This document shows, one piece after another, positions 51,201-58,998 of a DNA stretch of 64,000 nucleotides. The stretch is from positions 64,001 to 128,000 of the IMG/VR virus record IMGVR_UViG_3300020442_000007; one strand, 5' to 3'. Origin of the DNA: a virus. Positions within the stretch are counted from its first letter, which is position 1, and each line of letters starts with the position of its first letter. Below the pieces are notes generated by a model that was not told where the DNA came from, searched no databases, and saw only the letters and a program-made list of their open reading frames with translations. A program made the translations under genes and the position numbers.

Positions 51201-54200
51201 CAAAATCCTGGCATAGTAGTGCCATTTGGTGATGCCGCAGTTCCATAATTAAATGTAAAAGTATTTGTTCTATTGTAAAAATCATGTAAAGTATAATCTT
51301 TATCTACTAATTTTGTCCATTGTATAAAATCAGATAACATTGGACTGTCTACACTATTTTTATTAAAATCTGTTTTCCTGTATTCACCGCCTTGAAAATC
51401 ATGTATATCAAAAAGAGAACTATCATATTTTACTTTAATATTGTTAAAAATTCTTAATTCTAATTCTAATATTAAATTATCTCTAAAGTCTTTGTAAGCA
51501 ACTGTTTTACTACCATCATGTCCTTGAATTATAGGAGTACCTTCTACCCATTCGTTAATATTTTCTGCAGGTTCTGTAGTACCGTGGTTTGAACTACTAT
51601 TAGGCATATAGAAAGTTCTATTCAAACCTTTAAAAGTATGTGTATGGGCTGATCCTGCTCCGCCTTGTTCTATATCTTTAGTAATTGCTTCTGCTCGAGT
51701 AGCATACAATGGCCAGAACCAACCTAGTTTGCCTGCACCTTTTTGATTTTCTCCTGCTACACCATATAACTTATATGCCCCAGATGGAGACACTGGTGCT
51801 TCAATTTGTACAGTATTATCAATATAAATTTCAGGTTCGTAACTTGGATACAAACCTAATTTTGTAGGCGTTGGTGGTACATAACTTCCGTTGGTTGTTT
51901 CATATTCGTAAATATCTAACAAATCACCGTTTGATTTATTTGCTGTTACACGACAAAAACCTTCACTGTTAAAAGTATAATCCTTGTTGTGTGTTAACTG
52001 TCTCCCATTAAGGTATACTTGTACAGAATCTCTACTTACTGTATCTAAAGTAAATGATTTTGAAAGCAAGAAATATTCTTCTGTATTATCGTCTACGTTG
52101 TGTGTAGTTTTAGTGAAAGATCCTTGTGGTACCATATCTGAGAAATAAAATGGCATTGAGTTAATTTTATCTTTATTCAACTCGGCCATAATTTTATCTA
52201 CATGATCTTTGACAGGACCTTCATAACCTAGGTCATATGCAACTTGCATAAAAGATCTTTTAAATTTTCCATATTCTCTTCTTGCATATTTTAATGCAGA
52301 TATTAGATTAGAGTCTTTATCTAACAAGCTATACATAGATAAGTTTAAAGGAGAACTATGTTTAACAAATCTATTTCCGTATTTTGTAACGTCACCTAGA
52401 TCTCTTAAATTACTCCTGCCAGGGAATTTACCTTTGAAATCTGGTAAATCTTCAACAATACTAGAAACATGATTATTGACTTCTCCAACAGTAAATTCAT
52501 TTAAATTATTATTAAGTGGATTTCTTTCTAAATTACTTGGAAAATCATAATAACCGTTGTCATTTTTTTGAGCTGACGAAGTTGTTTTTAAAATTATTTT
52601 GTCACCAATTGTCAAACCCGTTCTTGAAGTGAATGCAGGAGACAAAAATTTAATTGTTTTAAAATTGTTAGGTGATGTGCCTAATTCGTAATCTATATCT
52701 TTTAATTTAAGTTCATTATTTAAAAAAACTGTAAGATTAAGATCTGCTAATGAAGCACTATTTTCATAGACGTCAATCTCAAATGTAGATGTTGTGTTAT
52801 CAAAAACATATTGTCTAATTACTGGTTGTTTACTATCTGTAGGAGCTTTTTGCCATGCATTTAAATTTGTATACTTTTCAATTGCAGAGTATTTTTGTAA
52901 AAAACCTACATCTGTGTTTTTATAATAAAGTTGGCTACCTATTAGGTATTCAAAATATTCTGTGAGTAAATCAAATTTAAAAGTTATATCGCCAACATTA
53001 GTAATTGTTCTGTAAGAAAGCACAATTCCAACTTCACTATCTAATGTACCAATGTTACCTTCTTTATAACTGAATATTTTATTACCTTTAAAAGTAGAAG
53101 AATTATAAACAGAAGTGTCACTAAAACTTTTATTATTCTCATCAAATAAATCAAACAAAGGTGCCTGATTAACTTTTGTTTTAGTTTGTGCTTGTTTCCA
53201 CTCAGTGCCATTATAATAATACATCAAACCTTTGTATGTCGTACCTTGTGACACTAAAACCACTTCGTTTGTAATGGGTTTGGAATCTGGAACTTCGATA
53301 AGAGATATTTGTTTTTTATTTTGATCTATTTCTATTTCAGGTCCATCAAATTTGAAAAATTTTACTTCGAATATTCTGCCTTTAACTAACGGGTCTGGAT
53401 CAGCAGTAAATAATACACGCATACCATCAATTAGATCTACTCCATCAATATTGTAACCTGTACTTCCTTCTATAGTAGAAAATACATCTTTAGTATGAGT
53501 GTCTAATAAGTTGACATTTTCTTTTGTTTGGGTACCAAAATCAAATAATTTTAATCCTTTATTAAATTCAATAATAGGCCTTTTAGCCCTAGCAGATTCA
53601 TCAATACTTACAGGTTGATCATTTAATAATGCCGCTTGTTCAATTACTGATTTATGAAACCACCTGTTATACCTACTCCATAAGTTACCATCGTTCGCGG
53701 AACGGTTGATAAGCATGTAATCTCTTACAGTAGGATAACCTATTGCAGTATCAAAAGGTTGCCTATCAAATCCTTGTCTGTCAAAATTAATATCTACATT
53801 ATCTACAAATGCACTTGGTACTGTAAGTTCTTTTTCATCAATTAAAACAATCTTATCTCCTACACCTTCAACAAAATATTCGCTTTCAGCATATTTTGCA
53901 GGAGTAACATCACCTATGAATTTTATTTTCATTCCATTAGTAAGATCAAATCCTGCACCTGTAGTATATGTTTTTTTACCTAACACTTCTGCGTCTATAT
54001 CAATAGCAGAAGCTTCTTCAATATTAGCAACTTTAATCAATCCAGCCGCCTCAATATCATTACCTGCTACATAGTATAAAACATTAGGAGTAGTTTCTGT
54101 AGGTGTAAAAGTAATTACACCTTCTTCAGTGCCTTGATTATCAATCAAACTTGTGTCAGATGTTAAAAGAAAACTTTCGTCTAAAGTTCTTTTTGTTTTA

Positions 54201-54847
54201 ATAGTAAAAGGCAACCCAGGAGTGTTAATATCAAATTTATAAGTTACGCCTCTAAATAATTTTATTGTTGGGTTTTGTGTTAACCCATCAGGTGAAAATA
54301 CAAAACCGAAATTATCTAAATTATCAGCAAGTGTAACAGTATAGGTACTAACTACTTCTGTAGTCTGTCCTCTTACATCTACAGTTTGTGGACCACTAGG
54401 CAACCAATAATATTCTCTAAAATTGATAAATTTATCCCAATCAATATGCGGATCCCAACTATAATATTCTTGTTTATTTGTAATACTGTGATCTTTAACT
54501 TTATCATTAAAACTAACCAACTGATTCATATAATCATTATAATCTTTATAAAATTTTACTGAATCTAAATTATCTTTGATTACTGCTGCTGGTTCAAATT
54601 GGTAATTTGCTCTGCTATCAGTAAAGTCACCAATATAATTGTCATCTTTTTGGAAAGATGTAGACGCTTCTCTTCCGTAGTAACCATTTAGTTTTTCTAC
54701 AACGCCAGGTTGTAATAGTTGGTCTAACGTACTAGATAAAAATTTGCTGTTTGGAACTGTTCTAAAATATTTAGGTAAGTGCTGTTCCGATTTTCTTTTG
54801 GCGTTTGGATCAGCTTTTCCATCTTTTTGATGATTATCAAAAGCCAT
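39287..54847 (-). CDS. giant (5186 aa) baseplate wedge/adhesin-like structural protein
   Basis: Follows gp6-like gene; cupredoxin-like, CBM5/12-like, FG-GAP propeller, G.GY..P and Ig-like repeats; uninterrupted 15.5 kb ORF. Confidence 0.8.
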   Translation of the reverse strand: MAFDNHQKDGKADPNAKRKSEQHLPKYFRTVPNSKFLSSTLDQLLQPGVVEKLNGYYGREASTSFQKDDNYIGDFTDSRANYQFEPAAVIKDNLDSVKFYKDYNDYMNQLVSFNDKVKDHSITNKQEYYSWDPHIDWDKFINFREYYWLPSGPQTVDVRGQTTEVVSTYTVTLADNLDNFGFVFSPDGLTQNPTIKLFRGVTYKFDINTPGLPFTIKTKRTLDESFLLTSDTSLIDNQGTEEGVITFTPTETTPNVLYYVAGNDIEAAGLIKVANIEEASAIDIDAEVLGKKTYTTGAGFDLTNGMKIKFIGDVTPAKYAESEYFVEGVGDKIVLIDEKELTVPSAFVDNVDINFDRQGFDRQPFDTAIGYPTVRDYMLINRSANDGNLWSRYNRWFHKSVIEQAALLNDQPVSIDESARAKRPIIEFNKGLKLFDFGTQTKENVNLLDTHTKDVFSTIEGSTGYNIDGVDLIDGMRVLFTADPDPLVKGRIFEVKFFKFDGPEIEIDQNKKQISLIEVPDSKPITNEVVLVSQGTTYKGLMYYYNGTEWKQAQTKTKVNQAPLFDLFDENNKSFSDTSVYNSSTFKGNKIFSYKEGNIGTLDSEVGIVLSYRTITNVGDITFKFDLLTEYFEYLIGSQLYYKNTDVGFLQKYSAIEKYTNLNAWQKAPTDSKQPVIRQYVFDNTTSTFEIDVYENSASLADLNLTVFLNNELKLKDIDYELGTSPNNFKTIKFLSPAFTSRTGLTIGDKIILKTTSSAQKNDNGYYDFPSNLERNPLNNNLNEFTVGEVNNHVSSIVEDLPDFKGKFPGRSNLRDLGDVTKYGNRFVKHSSPLNLSMYSLLDKDSNLISALKYARREYGKFKRSFMQVAYDLGYEGPVKDHVDKIMAELNKDKINSMPFYFSDMVPQGSFTKTTHNVDDNTEEYFLLSKSFTLDTVSRDSVQVYLNGRQLTHNKDYTFNSEGFCRVTANKSNGDLLDIYEYETTNGSYVPPTPTKLGLYPSYEPEIYIDNTVQIEAPVSPSGAYKLYGVAGENQKGAGKLGWFWPLYATRAEAITKDIEQGGAGSAHTHTFKGLNRTFYMPNSSSNHGTTEPAENINEWVEGTPIIQGHDGSKTVAYKDFRDNLILELELRIFNNIKVKYDSSLFDIHDFQGGEYRKTDFNKNSVDSPMLSDFIQWTKLVDKDYTLHDFYNRTNTFTFNYGTAASPNGTTMPGFWRGVYRHAFDTDRPHTHPWEMLGFTIKPTWWDAQYGPAPYTKDNLVLWTDLQNGVVREPNKKIKILNKYKRPGLLDYIPVNESGNLISPNDSGYVQSFDSAKLGDSFKFGDEAPVETAWRRSSEYPFSLITAWTLSQPSKVLATGFDRANQIRNLTQQIIYKTQSNQIKLSSLVFPNTHLDTTQTYTSGLINYIAGYMASSVTTSYSQYKNNIQNITNQIGFKVGGYTDKNKFKLILDSRTPLNEGNVFVPDENYSIFLNKSAPVKTISYSGVMIEKRPNGYKIKGYDDSTTAFKYFPHFERDRDPVVTVGGTTESFLEFEGGRTYTIGSIVEQAGKYYRVTKQHIAGDTFEESNFASIPKVPVRGGREIILRREFATFAPLELPYGTILNTIQDVCDFLQGYGKYLESIGFVFDNFRKSASVVDDWETSTKEFAFWTLHNWSAGTLISLSPGANQLKFRTEYSVVDNIFDGFFGYTLLKVDGQKLTSDFVQVDRQDPNEFILRPKNTADGIFAIKLPCVQKEHVVLLDNKTVFNDTIYDPEPGYRQERIKVLGYRTTNWDGSLNIEGFVYDQATIEDWQSNKDYFIGDIVKYKEFYYTANSKVPGTESFIDTQWTRLDYKPESGLSPNFEYKTNQFADFYDLDSDNFDSEQQRLAQHLIGYQKRKYLENIINDDVSQYKFYQGFIQDKGTKNALTKLFDVLGNADKDSLEFYEEWAIKRGQYGAAAGFDEVEYKLDEDKFRLSPQPIELVKNVTGEETDLVYRILPYETYLKPKGYDHSPFPKKYVAPEQGYAKDSGYVNQEDVKFIVKDFDSILDIDFANCNQGDLIWVGNDNLTWNIYRHDDTDFVVEKVTGGETEFTVSLTSTPQNIKAGDIFGVYDLISTTLDQADSTFATASTSKSAIGAFFKVKSVSLEKITFISPDKVDDIEDCKGRLSRLVSVRTDSLSKLNDVAQKLAQVKSKFWVDKADGDNWRVYEASEAFQKLQDVSSGESIANETFATAISSNKNNTVLAVGSPDEDDGQVYIYTRGSASANFVLSQVVTAPTDTAFTFKRFYTGATYTEGELVKANNIFYTVSETHVGGENFDVTKFVPLTTPPKLQKFGSAVSVTADGKYLVVGSPNASNVKTRYKQNYNPSSAYVLDDIVTYNNKLWKATTSIVPQSDSIQFTSFGSVVQQIESIGNTTEASEQVDVLLTGKYPFTGINVDHVLVKTPKLMYAGLDINDQVKLKWNSKTIANQEQSLYTSREPFPGGGMPELDSTFFSSVHQVQMKVDLILNINAFTNQPVAGDKVQTQTGSATVAYSYEVGGSLGLYLNNITGSFDSTDSLFLVNGDFVGEYVTSAPAETIDVSSYYGGYIMLTVPGGYNIFTTTSDEGKGLVFQEAITDSSTPSNYYYNSRDYETSTIQSEDTLASYIETLSYQGLPGAGGATTPFLSPLYVIRAPKDLTDTLSNGDKFKFLIPSLSRYVTGTNNDPSAIGLSYAKTNKELTVYDLWDGYIKFQFTKFNLFGEPFEPRIGDTVQDVTTGATAEVTFYQRDALNATIFVKNAVGDFSNGSQFGNNAEIKFIGVPTDTSPIYQVDRVMGEIQKKSLGLSAEGIGKLIVIDSGENIDIPSVSRQIDTEYWFYEENTVAGVPVSANLPSAGNNDWINVYSIPAVSGATASTFENQGMYSVFGTGNTNRFQFLRSYIVPEAHEDFYLGSEIKTAKQNDLYRLFVHAGQDYTRLRDFRNIGKELDDSTFIPGRTYFIKNGTDINGDVWDWELAKDKKFQGTFSPLVSYQTGDIIYLDRGIYKANTNLSPGIFNGANWTQQTQPLDYLGYVPNNTEIQPIFDSADPSTILDQGGLFNFNRIDVSDDGEVLIGLARYSGGDKAQVVVYRNKNGNYQRSQSILENSFPAPLNAVDLDLWSTGKTLWGADIALSSDGNIIAIGEPFAETQRSEEDPSRIQIDQGRVFVLKKNTATGMFELSQTLYSRANEKVELFGIRLAFDENILAITAKNADSDAKTTFDSTEGVPQTTWDNNFTTFAKKFVDTGVVYLYENISGNLVYGQKLAYDELQDSTQAVANSDSSNSIKDFGMNLYTNNSHVYVGLPKQTVADGENGAVIDYRKEPTANIWKTHSQPKDTVDVAKIKKVLLYNTKENKLVSYLDYVDPIQGKIPGIAEQELSYKLHYDPAVYTVGTSDVNTSKSEVWGENQVGELWWDLSTTKFLNPYQNNTIYSVNNWNTQFTGNSIDVYEWVETTLLPSEWNTLSASAEGVTEGISGTTKYDDTIYSTRRIYDDVAQTFSTKYYYWVKGKITAPRLESRKLSAFNVAKYIDDPASMGYRFINFISPTSFVIHNCESLLKDKEVALSIQYWTIENQDINIHNQYQLYTAGLDTSKPNADIERKWFDSLIGYDDAGRIVPDPNLSAKEKYGILNDPRQSWFVNKTEALKQVIDRANLVLKENLIVDDKIITPLLSKQAAPLAAGNTYDLAVDTFEDLEFVGTAKVKQAILTPVIVDGKIVRVTIDDPGRGYKVVPTVEITGNFETAANITLTLNNVGAVISATVDSQGSGYSSTLTTLSVRRFAVLVNSDSTLSGKWSIYERNVNNTLWVRKQSQVFDVSLFWEYIDWYDTGYNEFTTINHLINSSYELESIDDTTGDIVKIANVGSGGWLLLEKIDNADSIDYTRNYKTIGRQNGTIRFLPSLFNTAVGSGFDSASYDIKVYDVQPVKETRIILEALRDNLFVDELAVEYNNLFLSSLKYVFAEQGLVDWAFKTSFIKARHNVGDLSKKITFQNDNLPSYEEYLKEVKPFKSKLREYISDYNQLNVASNLVTDFDLPPRYDNSSKSIIPPAVKVIDNAIVGTDTDLTTYPNKNWVDNLSYKIKRIEIADAGSGYTQPPVLKFVGQDLSTSETGTGATALAKLGQGGKIASVEITNQGTGYLNPPVVEINGSISEGGRPARLIAVLGDGLVRGMHTTVKFDRVTGKFVVTKLSETQTFVGSGSAYIFDLIFPMDLRTNTVEITVSGELALQSEYTYENVKDTSKGYDRYFGRVTFTKPPASNTSIVINYKKPVEYLTASDRVSLEYNPVAGQFGNDLSQVMDGIDYGGVEVKSFEFGGNTGWDSAPWFTDSWDTYDTTYEDEVFKLDGSTISITLSKPLENGVVYNLYRNGIRLDDPNWAPEPNYDSTLIKNPNAIMQSITGDGVTTVIELQEYEVPTQADDVIIVRKETSDGSFINDPESYDTSISGGSLAYNSATGLKAEDITIDGDGFVTPTTSKGPEEVVPGQVIDAVDISVFERPVGGSSIVVNRNHTGDGSTKSFDIGKSPFTGSSLFVKVDSDIMEPTTDDSTLGYKVNYANKTVDFEVAPADGAKINLTLVEVAGLQILDIDSFVSDGSSNTFETNVRWTDNVQGIATSNGKKLDAVLTKSTGEYPNNVELVLASPLQAGDVVRYALFIGDGNEIDSFSQVVVDDFIATTPQGNDTLVLSQAPFSYGPSGIHTLVQVGDDILHSGYNQEFTVSAENEYKLDLWQIPIALIQAAQVQVYLNGRELTYTTDWTFISAEAFDSDTPLDQQKGNTVKLADGVGVAGDKLLVYIITESQYRFGYFEQQGDSSSVFVPTPTICSFEVDRPIGTRMRVFQFSNSTAQKFSRESYTVQENTPITKGSADYYFLNNLRAGLFKLRNQAVDSKYVWVILNNKLLKPDVDYSVTTDKNFVKLVSPLSQGDRIEVLHFGNPTVITKFGFRQFKDMLNRTHYKRIDGDKNYILGKDLKPYDKVIELVDASGITNPTEGSEYPGIVFVNGERIEYRQKEGNLLKQLQRGTLGTGVKDIHTHGTEVYDQSIDASMPYKDETISTVFTADGTSSTFELDFTPGANGVNEFDVFVAGKRLRKNAIASYKFETTINGVTTSSIAQDSPEGDETLPAEFTLAGSTVTLLNTPGENQKVIIIRKQGKIWTDPGEPLSQADSDIGRFLRATSVDLPR

Positions 54848-57800
54848 TAGTAACCTCCGCTATAACCTGAACCTGAGCTACCTGATGAACCGCTTGATGA
54901 ACCGCTTGATGAACTGCTTGATGAACCGCTTGATGAACCGCTTGATGAACCTGTACCATAATTACTTCCAGTTGCTCCTGTTGATCCTGTTGCTGAGCTA
55001 GAACTGCTCGCTCCGCTTGATGTGGTATTACTTGTCGCTACACCTGTTGTGTTTGCAGAAGTTGTTGTAGAGCTTTGTATACCTGCAGATACTCTTGTAC
55101 TTGCTGTAACCACAGTACCATCTGCTCGCAACCTACTTGCTGTCACTGCATCAATTACTTCAATGTTATCAACTGTAGCTCCGCTTATGAAGATTTCATC
55201 GCTTTCTGATTTAATTTCATATAAACTACCAAACACTTGAGATGATTGATTAGGCACAATAATAAATGTAACCAAATCTGGTGTCATAGTAGACATAACA
55301 TAATTTGCCATTTCTGAGAAGAAAAATTTATCTCCAAAATCCCAATTTTCAAGAGCAAAATATTGGTTTATTGCGGCAATAATTCTTGATTTTATATCGT
55401 TGTCATTTAAAACAAGATCTGGATTTTTTACTACCTTAAATATTGCTTGCAAATCTGCCTCCGATTTTTCTCCAAATAGCACTTTGTACTTAACTGGATG
55501 ATATATTATTTCATCTGATAATGATTTGATCTTTGATAATGCTGTATTGTACGATAAAGCAAGAGCATCTGAACTAGGCGGTAAAGGTTGTGTTCCTGCT
55601 CCATTCAAATATAATCTAAAGTCTGTATCGTAACTTTTTGTTAAAATGTAAGTGTCAATAATATTACTTGCACTAGGATCAATCCGTGAGCTATCATCTG
55701 CACCGTGAATATAATGGAAAGTAATATCGTCTCGACCGACTCTAGCTCTGTAATCTGTTGTCTGTTCTAACACTCCTGTGGTGTTGTTATAAAATTTAAA
55801 AATATTAGAATTTGAAAAATAAAAAAGTTGTCCGTTGGTATATGAACTTAGGGGATTTAATGAGCCTTCATTATTTAAAACTATAATATTAAGTGTACTT
55901 GCAGGCACGTAATTATAATCCTCTACGCCATCTGTAGTAGTAACTTTCTGTTGAAAAATATATTTTGTCAACGGATTTGTTGTTTCGTCTACAATAGTAT
56001 CAAAAATATCTGGATCATCTACTACTCCGTCATCATCACTGTCGAAGAATGTCACTTCAATTTTTTTACTATCAACATAACCTTCTGCATCTCTATATTC
56101 TTCTGTTAATTCCCAATCATAGTTTACCGTAAAAGGTAAAGCACTATCTGGTTGTGTGTTTATATTCAAAACACTTATTTTATCTTTAACTATTTTTCCG
56201 GTCAAATTATTATAAATTTTGTCAGTCTTATCAAAGTAAAATCTCATTTCTTGATTACTTTCAAAGATATATCTCATTGCTCTGTTTTTAATAGTGTAAG
56301 TTTCACCATTAGTTTCAAAAAGTAACATCCAACTACTATCTAATTGTTGATTTGATATATCTCCTGTTTTACCAGTACTGAACGGAGCATTGACATTTAA
56401 ATTATTTTCTGTAACAATTCTCCAAGATTGTGAATCAGTGCTGTATCTTAATCCGAATGTTTTATATGCAAATACTTGGTCAATCAATTGTGTTGCTACG
56501 TCTGCTTCAAGGGAACCTGCAAGACCAGGAATTATTTCTGCTAATCTAGATCCTGTAGGAATAACATCATTTAATGATACTGGGCCTTGTCCTGAACTTG
56601 CTACTATTGTTCCGTCTCCTGAAACTGCGGCAATTTTGACCCATTTATAATCAACAACACCTTTCTTACCTTGATAACCTGTAGTGCTTACTAGATCAGT
56701 GTTCAAAAAACTCTGTCCTGCAGGTGGTAAAACTTTTATTAACGATCCTGGAACCATTAATTTTAAAAGAGATGAAGTAAATGATCCTAGTTGTGATGTT
56801 ACATCTGCTGTGTTTTTAAAATATCCAGTGCTTAAATTTGTTGTTTTAGTAGATTGTACCCATGTAACGCCTAAATCAATAGTTGAAATTTTAGGAAAAT
56901 TATTATAGTAATAATTTCGAACTTTTTTATCTCTCAAAATAGGTTGTATTACATTAACTATTGCGCCTTCTACATCAGTTTTTGTAACAAAACTAAAAGT
57001 TGTTTTAGGTTCTAAATTTTCTTTGAATAAAACTCCATCTGTTCCATACAAATTTGTTTTACTGTATTTTCCAGTTGCATCAATTAGATCAAAATATCTT
57101 GAAATACCACTTGATGTTCTATTAATAGATTTTACTTTAATAATTTCTTGGCTTACTCCTAAAGGAGAAATTTGATAGTCTTCTCCTGTAACCATTCTAT
57201 TTTGTGTATAATATGTAGAAGGAGCATTTTGTTTAATACTTGCATTAGTTTCACTTACAGTTGAATTATCAACTGTATACTTTAGTTCATAAGTTAAAGT
57301 CAAAGTTTCTACTTTATCTGTTTTTGACAAATATGGTATAGTGACTGTTATTCCACGCATATCATCTGGAGTAATAATAACTCTTTCATTTTTGCTTACT
57401 CTATAAAATACTCTAAAACTTCCTTTTGGTAAATTTCCAAAGACTCCATCTGAGAACATTAAACTAATTCTATCATCTACTCTTGTAAGGACTGCGTAAA
57501 TGTTATTCACACTTTTTGCTAAACTATTATATACTACATTATTTCCTTCAACAGAATCTACTTTTGTCCATAGTTCTTGTTCTGCGCCAAAAGAGTCTAA
57601 TTTATAAAGCCACACATCTGTATTGTTCACGTTTGTAGCATCAATGGCTACAACTTGATTTGTGCTAGGAGTAGTAATATTAAATACTCCTTCGTCTATT
57701 GCACCTTCACGGAAATGACTAAAAAATCCTGTATTAGAACTTGCACTTCCTCTTCCATCATCTCTATATAAAAACGCAAAATTGTTTCCAGGAAATGGTG

Positions 57801-58482
57801 CTTCTTCTTGAATTACTCTATCGTTAACATCGGTAGAAACAATTTCAAATCTTACACTCCTACCGTCTATATTTTTTGAAAAACTATATACAGGAACTTC
57901 TGTATTAGTGCTTAACATTCTGTATTGTTCTGTTGGGATACCATTTGATGTATCTTTTTTAATGGGTCTGCCAAATTTTGCATTTACAGGTAAAGTTGAA
58001 TTTATTACTTTTACAAATTGCTCATACCAATCAGGATTAGTAGGATCGTTCCATACTATAGTTTGATTTGCTAAATTAACATTATTAGAATCTAAAATTT
58101 CTTCTGTTGTGCTTACACTTTCTACTTTCAAAAGTCCGTTAGCTGCTTGATTTCTTTTTGGATTATAAGAAAGTAGCCGTGCTAATCTTAGCACACTTTC
58201 TCTACGTTCAGCTAATTCTAAGTAATTTTCTCTAGCATTTAAGTCGATTCTAAATGATATGTTTTGACCCATATATGCTATAAGATCAATTAACGCTAGA
58301 TATTCACTTGATTCGATATAATCGTTAAAATCTTCCGGATAATTTTCACGCAGATAGTTAATCATCGTACGGCGAAGGTTGTCAAAGTCGTAACTTTGAA
58401 AATCTGCATTTCTAAAAGATTGATATATACGTCTCCAATCTTCCGCTAATAATAATCTATTCTGTCTATCTGTTGCCGGCAT
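54847..58482 (-). CDS. baseplate wedge protein (T4 gp6-like)
   Basis: DFDNLR..YL..FNDY..LIDLIAY..ENYLELA..RESV..LA..LSY.P; QNRMVT.EDY. Confidence 0.85.
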   Translation of the reverse strand: MPATDRQNRLLLAEDWRRIYQSFRNADFQSYDFDNLRRTMINYLRENYPEDFNDYIESSEYLALIDLIAYMGQNISFRIDLNARENYLELAERRESVLRLARLLSYNPKRNQAANGLLKVESVSTTEEILDSNNVNLANQTIVWNDPTNPDWYEQFVKVINSTLPVNAKFGRPIKKDTSNGIPTEQYRMLSTNTEVPVYSFSKNIDGRSVRFEIVSTDVNDRVIQEEAPFPGNNFAFLYRDDGRGSASSNTGFFSHFREGAIDEGVFNITTPSTNQVVAIDATNVNNTDVWLYKLDSFGAEQELWTKVDSVEGNNVVYNSLAKSVNNIYAVLTRVDDRISLMFSDGVFGNLPKGSFRVFYRVSKNERVIITPDDMRGITVTIPYLSKTDKVETLTLTYELKYTVDNSTVSETNASIKQNAPSTYYTQNRMVTGEDYQISPLGVSQEIIKVKSINRTSSGISRYFDLIDATGKYSKTNLYGTDGVLFKENLEPKTTFSFVTKTDVEGAIVNVIQPILRDKKVRNYYYNNFPKISTIDLGVTWVQSTKTTNLSTGYFKNTADVTSQLGSFTSSLLKLMVPGSLIKVLPPAGQSFLNTDLVSTTGYQGKKGVVDYKWVKIAAVSGDGTIVASSGQGPVSLNDVIPTGSRLAEIIPGLAGSLEADVATQLIDQVFAYKTFGLRYSTDSQSWRIVTENNLNVNAPFSTGKTGDISNQQLDSSWMLLFETNGETYTIKNRAMRYIFESNQEMRFYFDKTDKIYNNLTGKIVKDKISVLNINTQPDSALPFTVNYDWELTEEYRDAEGYVDSKKIEVTFFDSDDDGVVDDPDIFDTIVDETTNPLTKYIFQQKVTTTDGVEDYNYVPASTLNIIVLNNEGSLNPLSSYTNGQLFYFSNSNIFKFYNNTTGVLEQTTDYRARVGRDDITFHYIHGADDSSRIDPSASNIIDTYILTKSYDTDFRLYLNGAGTQPLPPSSDALALSYNTALSKIKSLSDEIIYHPVKYKVLFGEKSEADLQAIFKVVKNPDLVLNDNDIKSRIIAAINQYFALENWDFGDKFFFSEMANYVMSTMTPDLVTFIIVPNQSSQVFGSLYEIKSESDEIFISGATVDNIEVIDAVTASRLRADGTVVTASTRVSAGIQSSTTTSANTTGVATSNTTSSGASSSSSATGSTGATGSNYGTGSSSGSSSGSSSSSSSGSSSGSSGSSGSGYSGGY
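54883..54951. repeat. 12-bp tandem repeat TGATGAACCGCT x ~5.75 encoding Ser/Gly (SSSG) tail
   Basis: Read directly; one unit has a C>T change. Confidence 0.9.
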
Positions 58483-58503
58483 ATGTAATATTCCTTATTA
58501 CAC

Positions 58504-58511
58504 TATTTATT
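58504..58511 (-). promoter_or_regulatory. putative late promoter AATAAATA
   Basis: TATTTATT upstream of the gp6-like start. Confidence 0.45.
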
Positions 58512-58535
58512 GTATACAGTAAAGTACGTATATAA

Positions 58536-58985
58536 TTAGGACTTTAAAAAGCCCGCATCTTCGTCGAATCTCATGCGTAAAGTTTCTGAAATATTAAACG
58601 GAAGATATGTTATAGTGCATTCAATTTGTATTCCTTGTTCGTATTGATCAATTACAATTCTGTCTACATTTGTTCTTGGATCATTGTTTATGATTTTTGT
58701 AACATTTTGCGTAATTGCATCTTTAAGTGTTTCAGTAAGCGGTTCAAATAATGCGTCCCAAATTATTGTACCAAACTCAGGATTACTCAACTTTTCGCCT
58801 TGACGTATGTGGAAATGATTAATTAAGTCTTGCTTAATTAAGGAGATATCATATAGGCTTACAGTATTATTTTCAGGATTTACTGTACTCATACCCCTAT
58901 ATGTGGTCTTAGAATTTACAGATTGCTCGCTTTTGTTGCCTGGTACTGTAATTTCTGCATAAATTTTTTTCTCTCTACTACTCAT
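58536..58985 (-). CDS. baseplate wedge gp25/GPW family protein
   Basis: IKQDLINHF..RQGEK...PEFG..IWD.LFEP..DPR. Confidence 0.9.
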   Translation of the reverse strand: MSSREKKIYAEITVPGNKSEQSVNSKTTYRGMSTVNPENNTVSLYDISLIKQDLINHFHIRQGEKLSNPEFGTIIWDALFEPLTETLKDAITQNVTKIINNDPRTNVDRIVIDQYEQGIQIECTITYLPFNISETLRMRFDEDAGFLKS

Positions 58986-58990
58986 ATCAA

Positions 58991-58998
58991 TATTTATC
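58991..58998 (-). promoter_or_regulatory. putative late promoter GATAAATA overlapping the PAAR stop
   Basis: TATTTATC on + strand. Confidence 0.4.

Noticed and set aside
54883-54951. CRISPR-like array
   Set aside because: 12-bp head-to-tail coding repeat with no spacers and no cas genes
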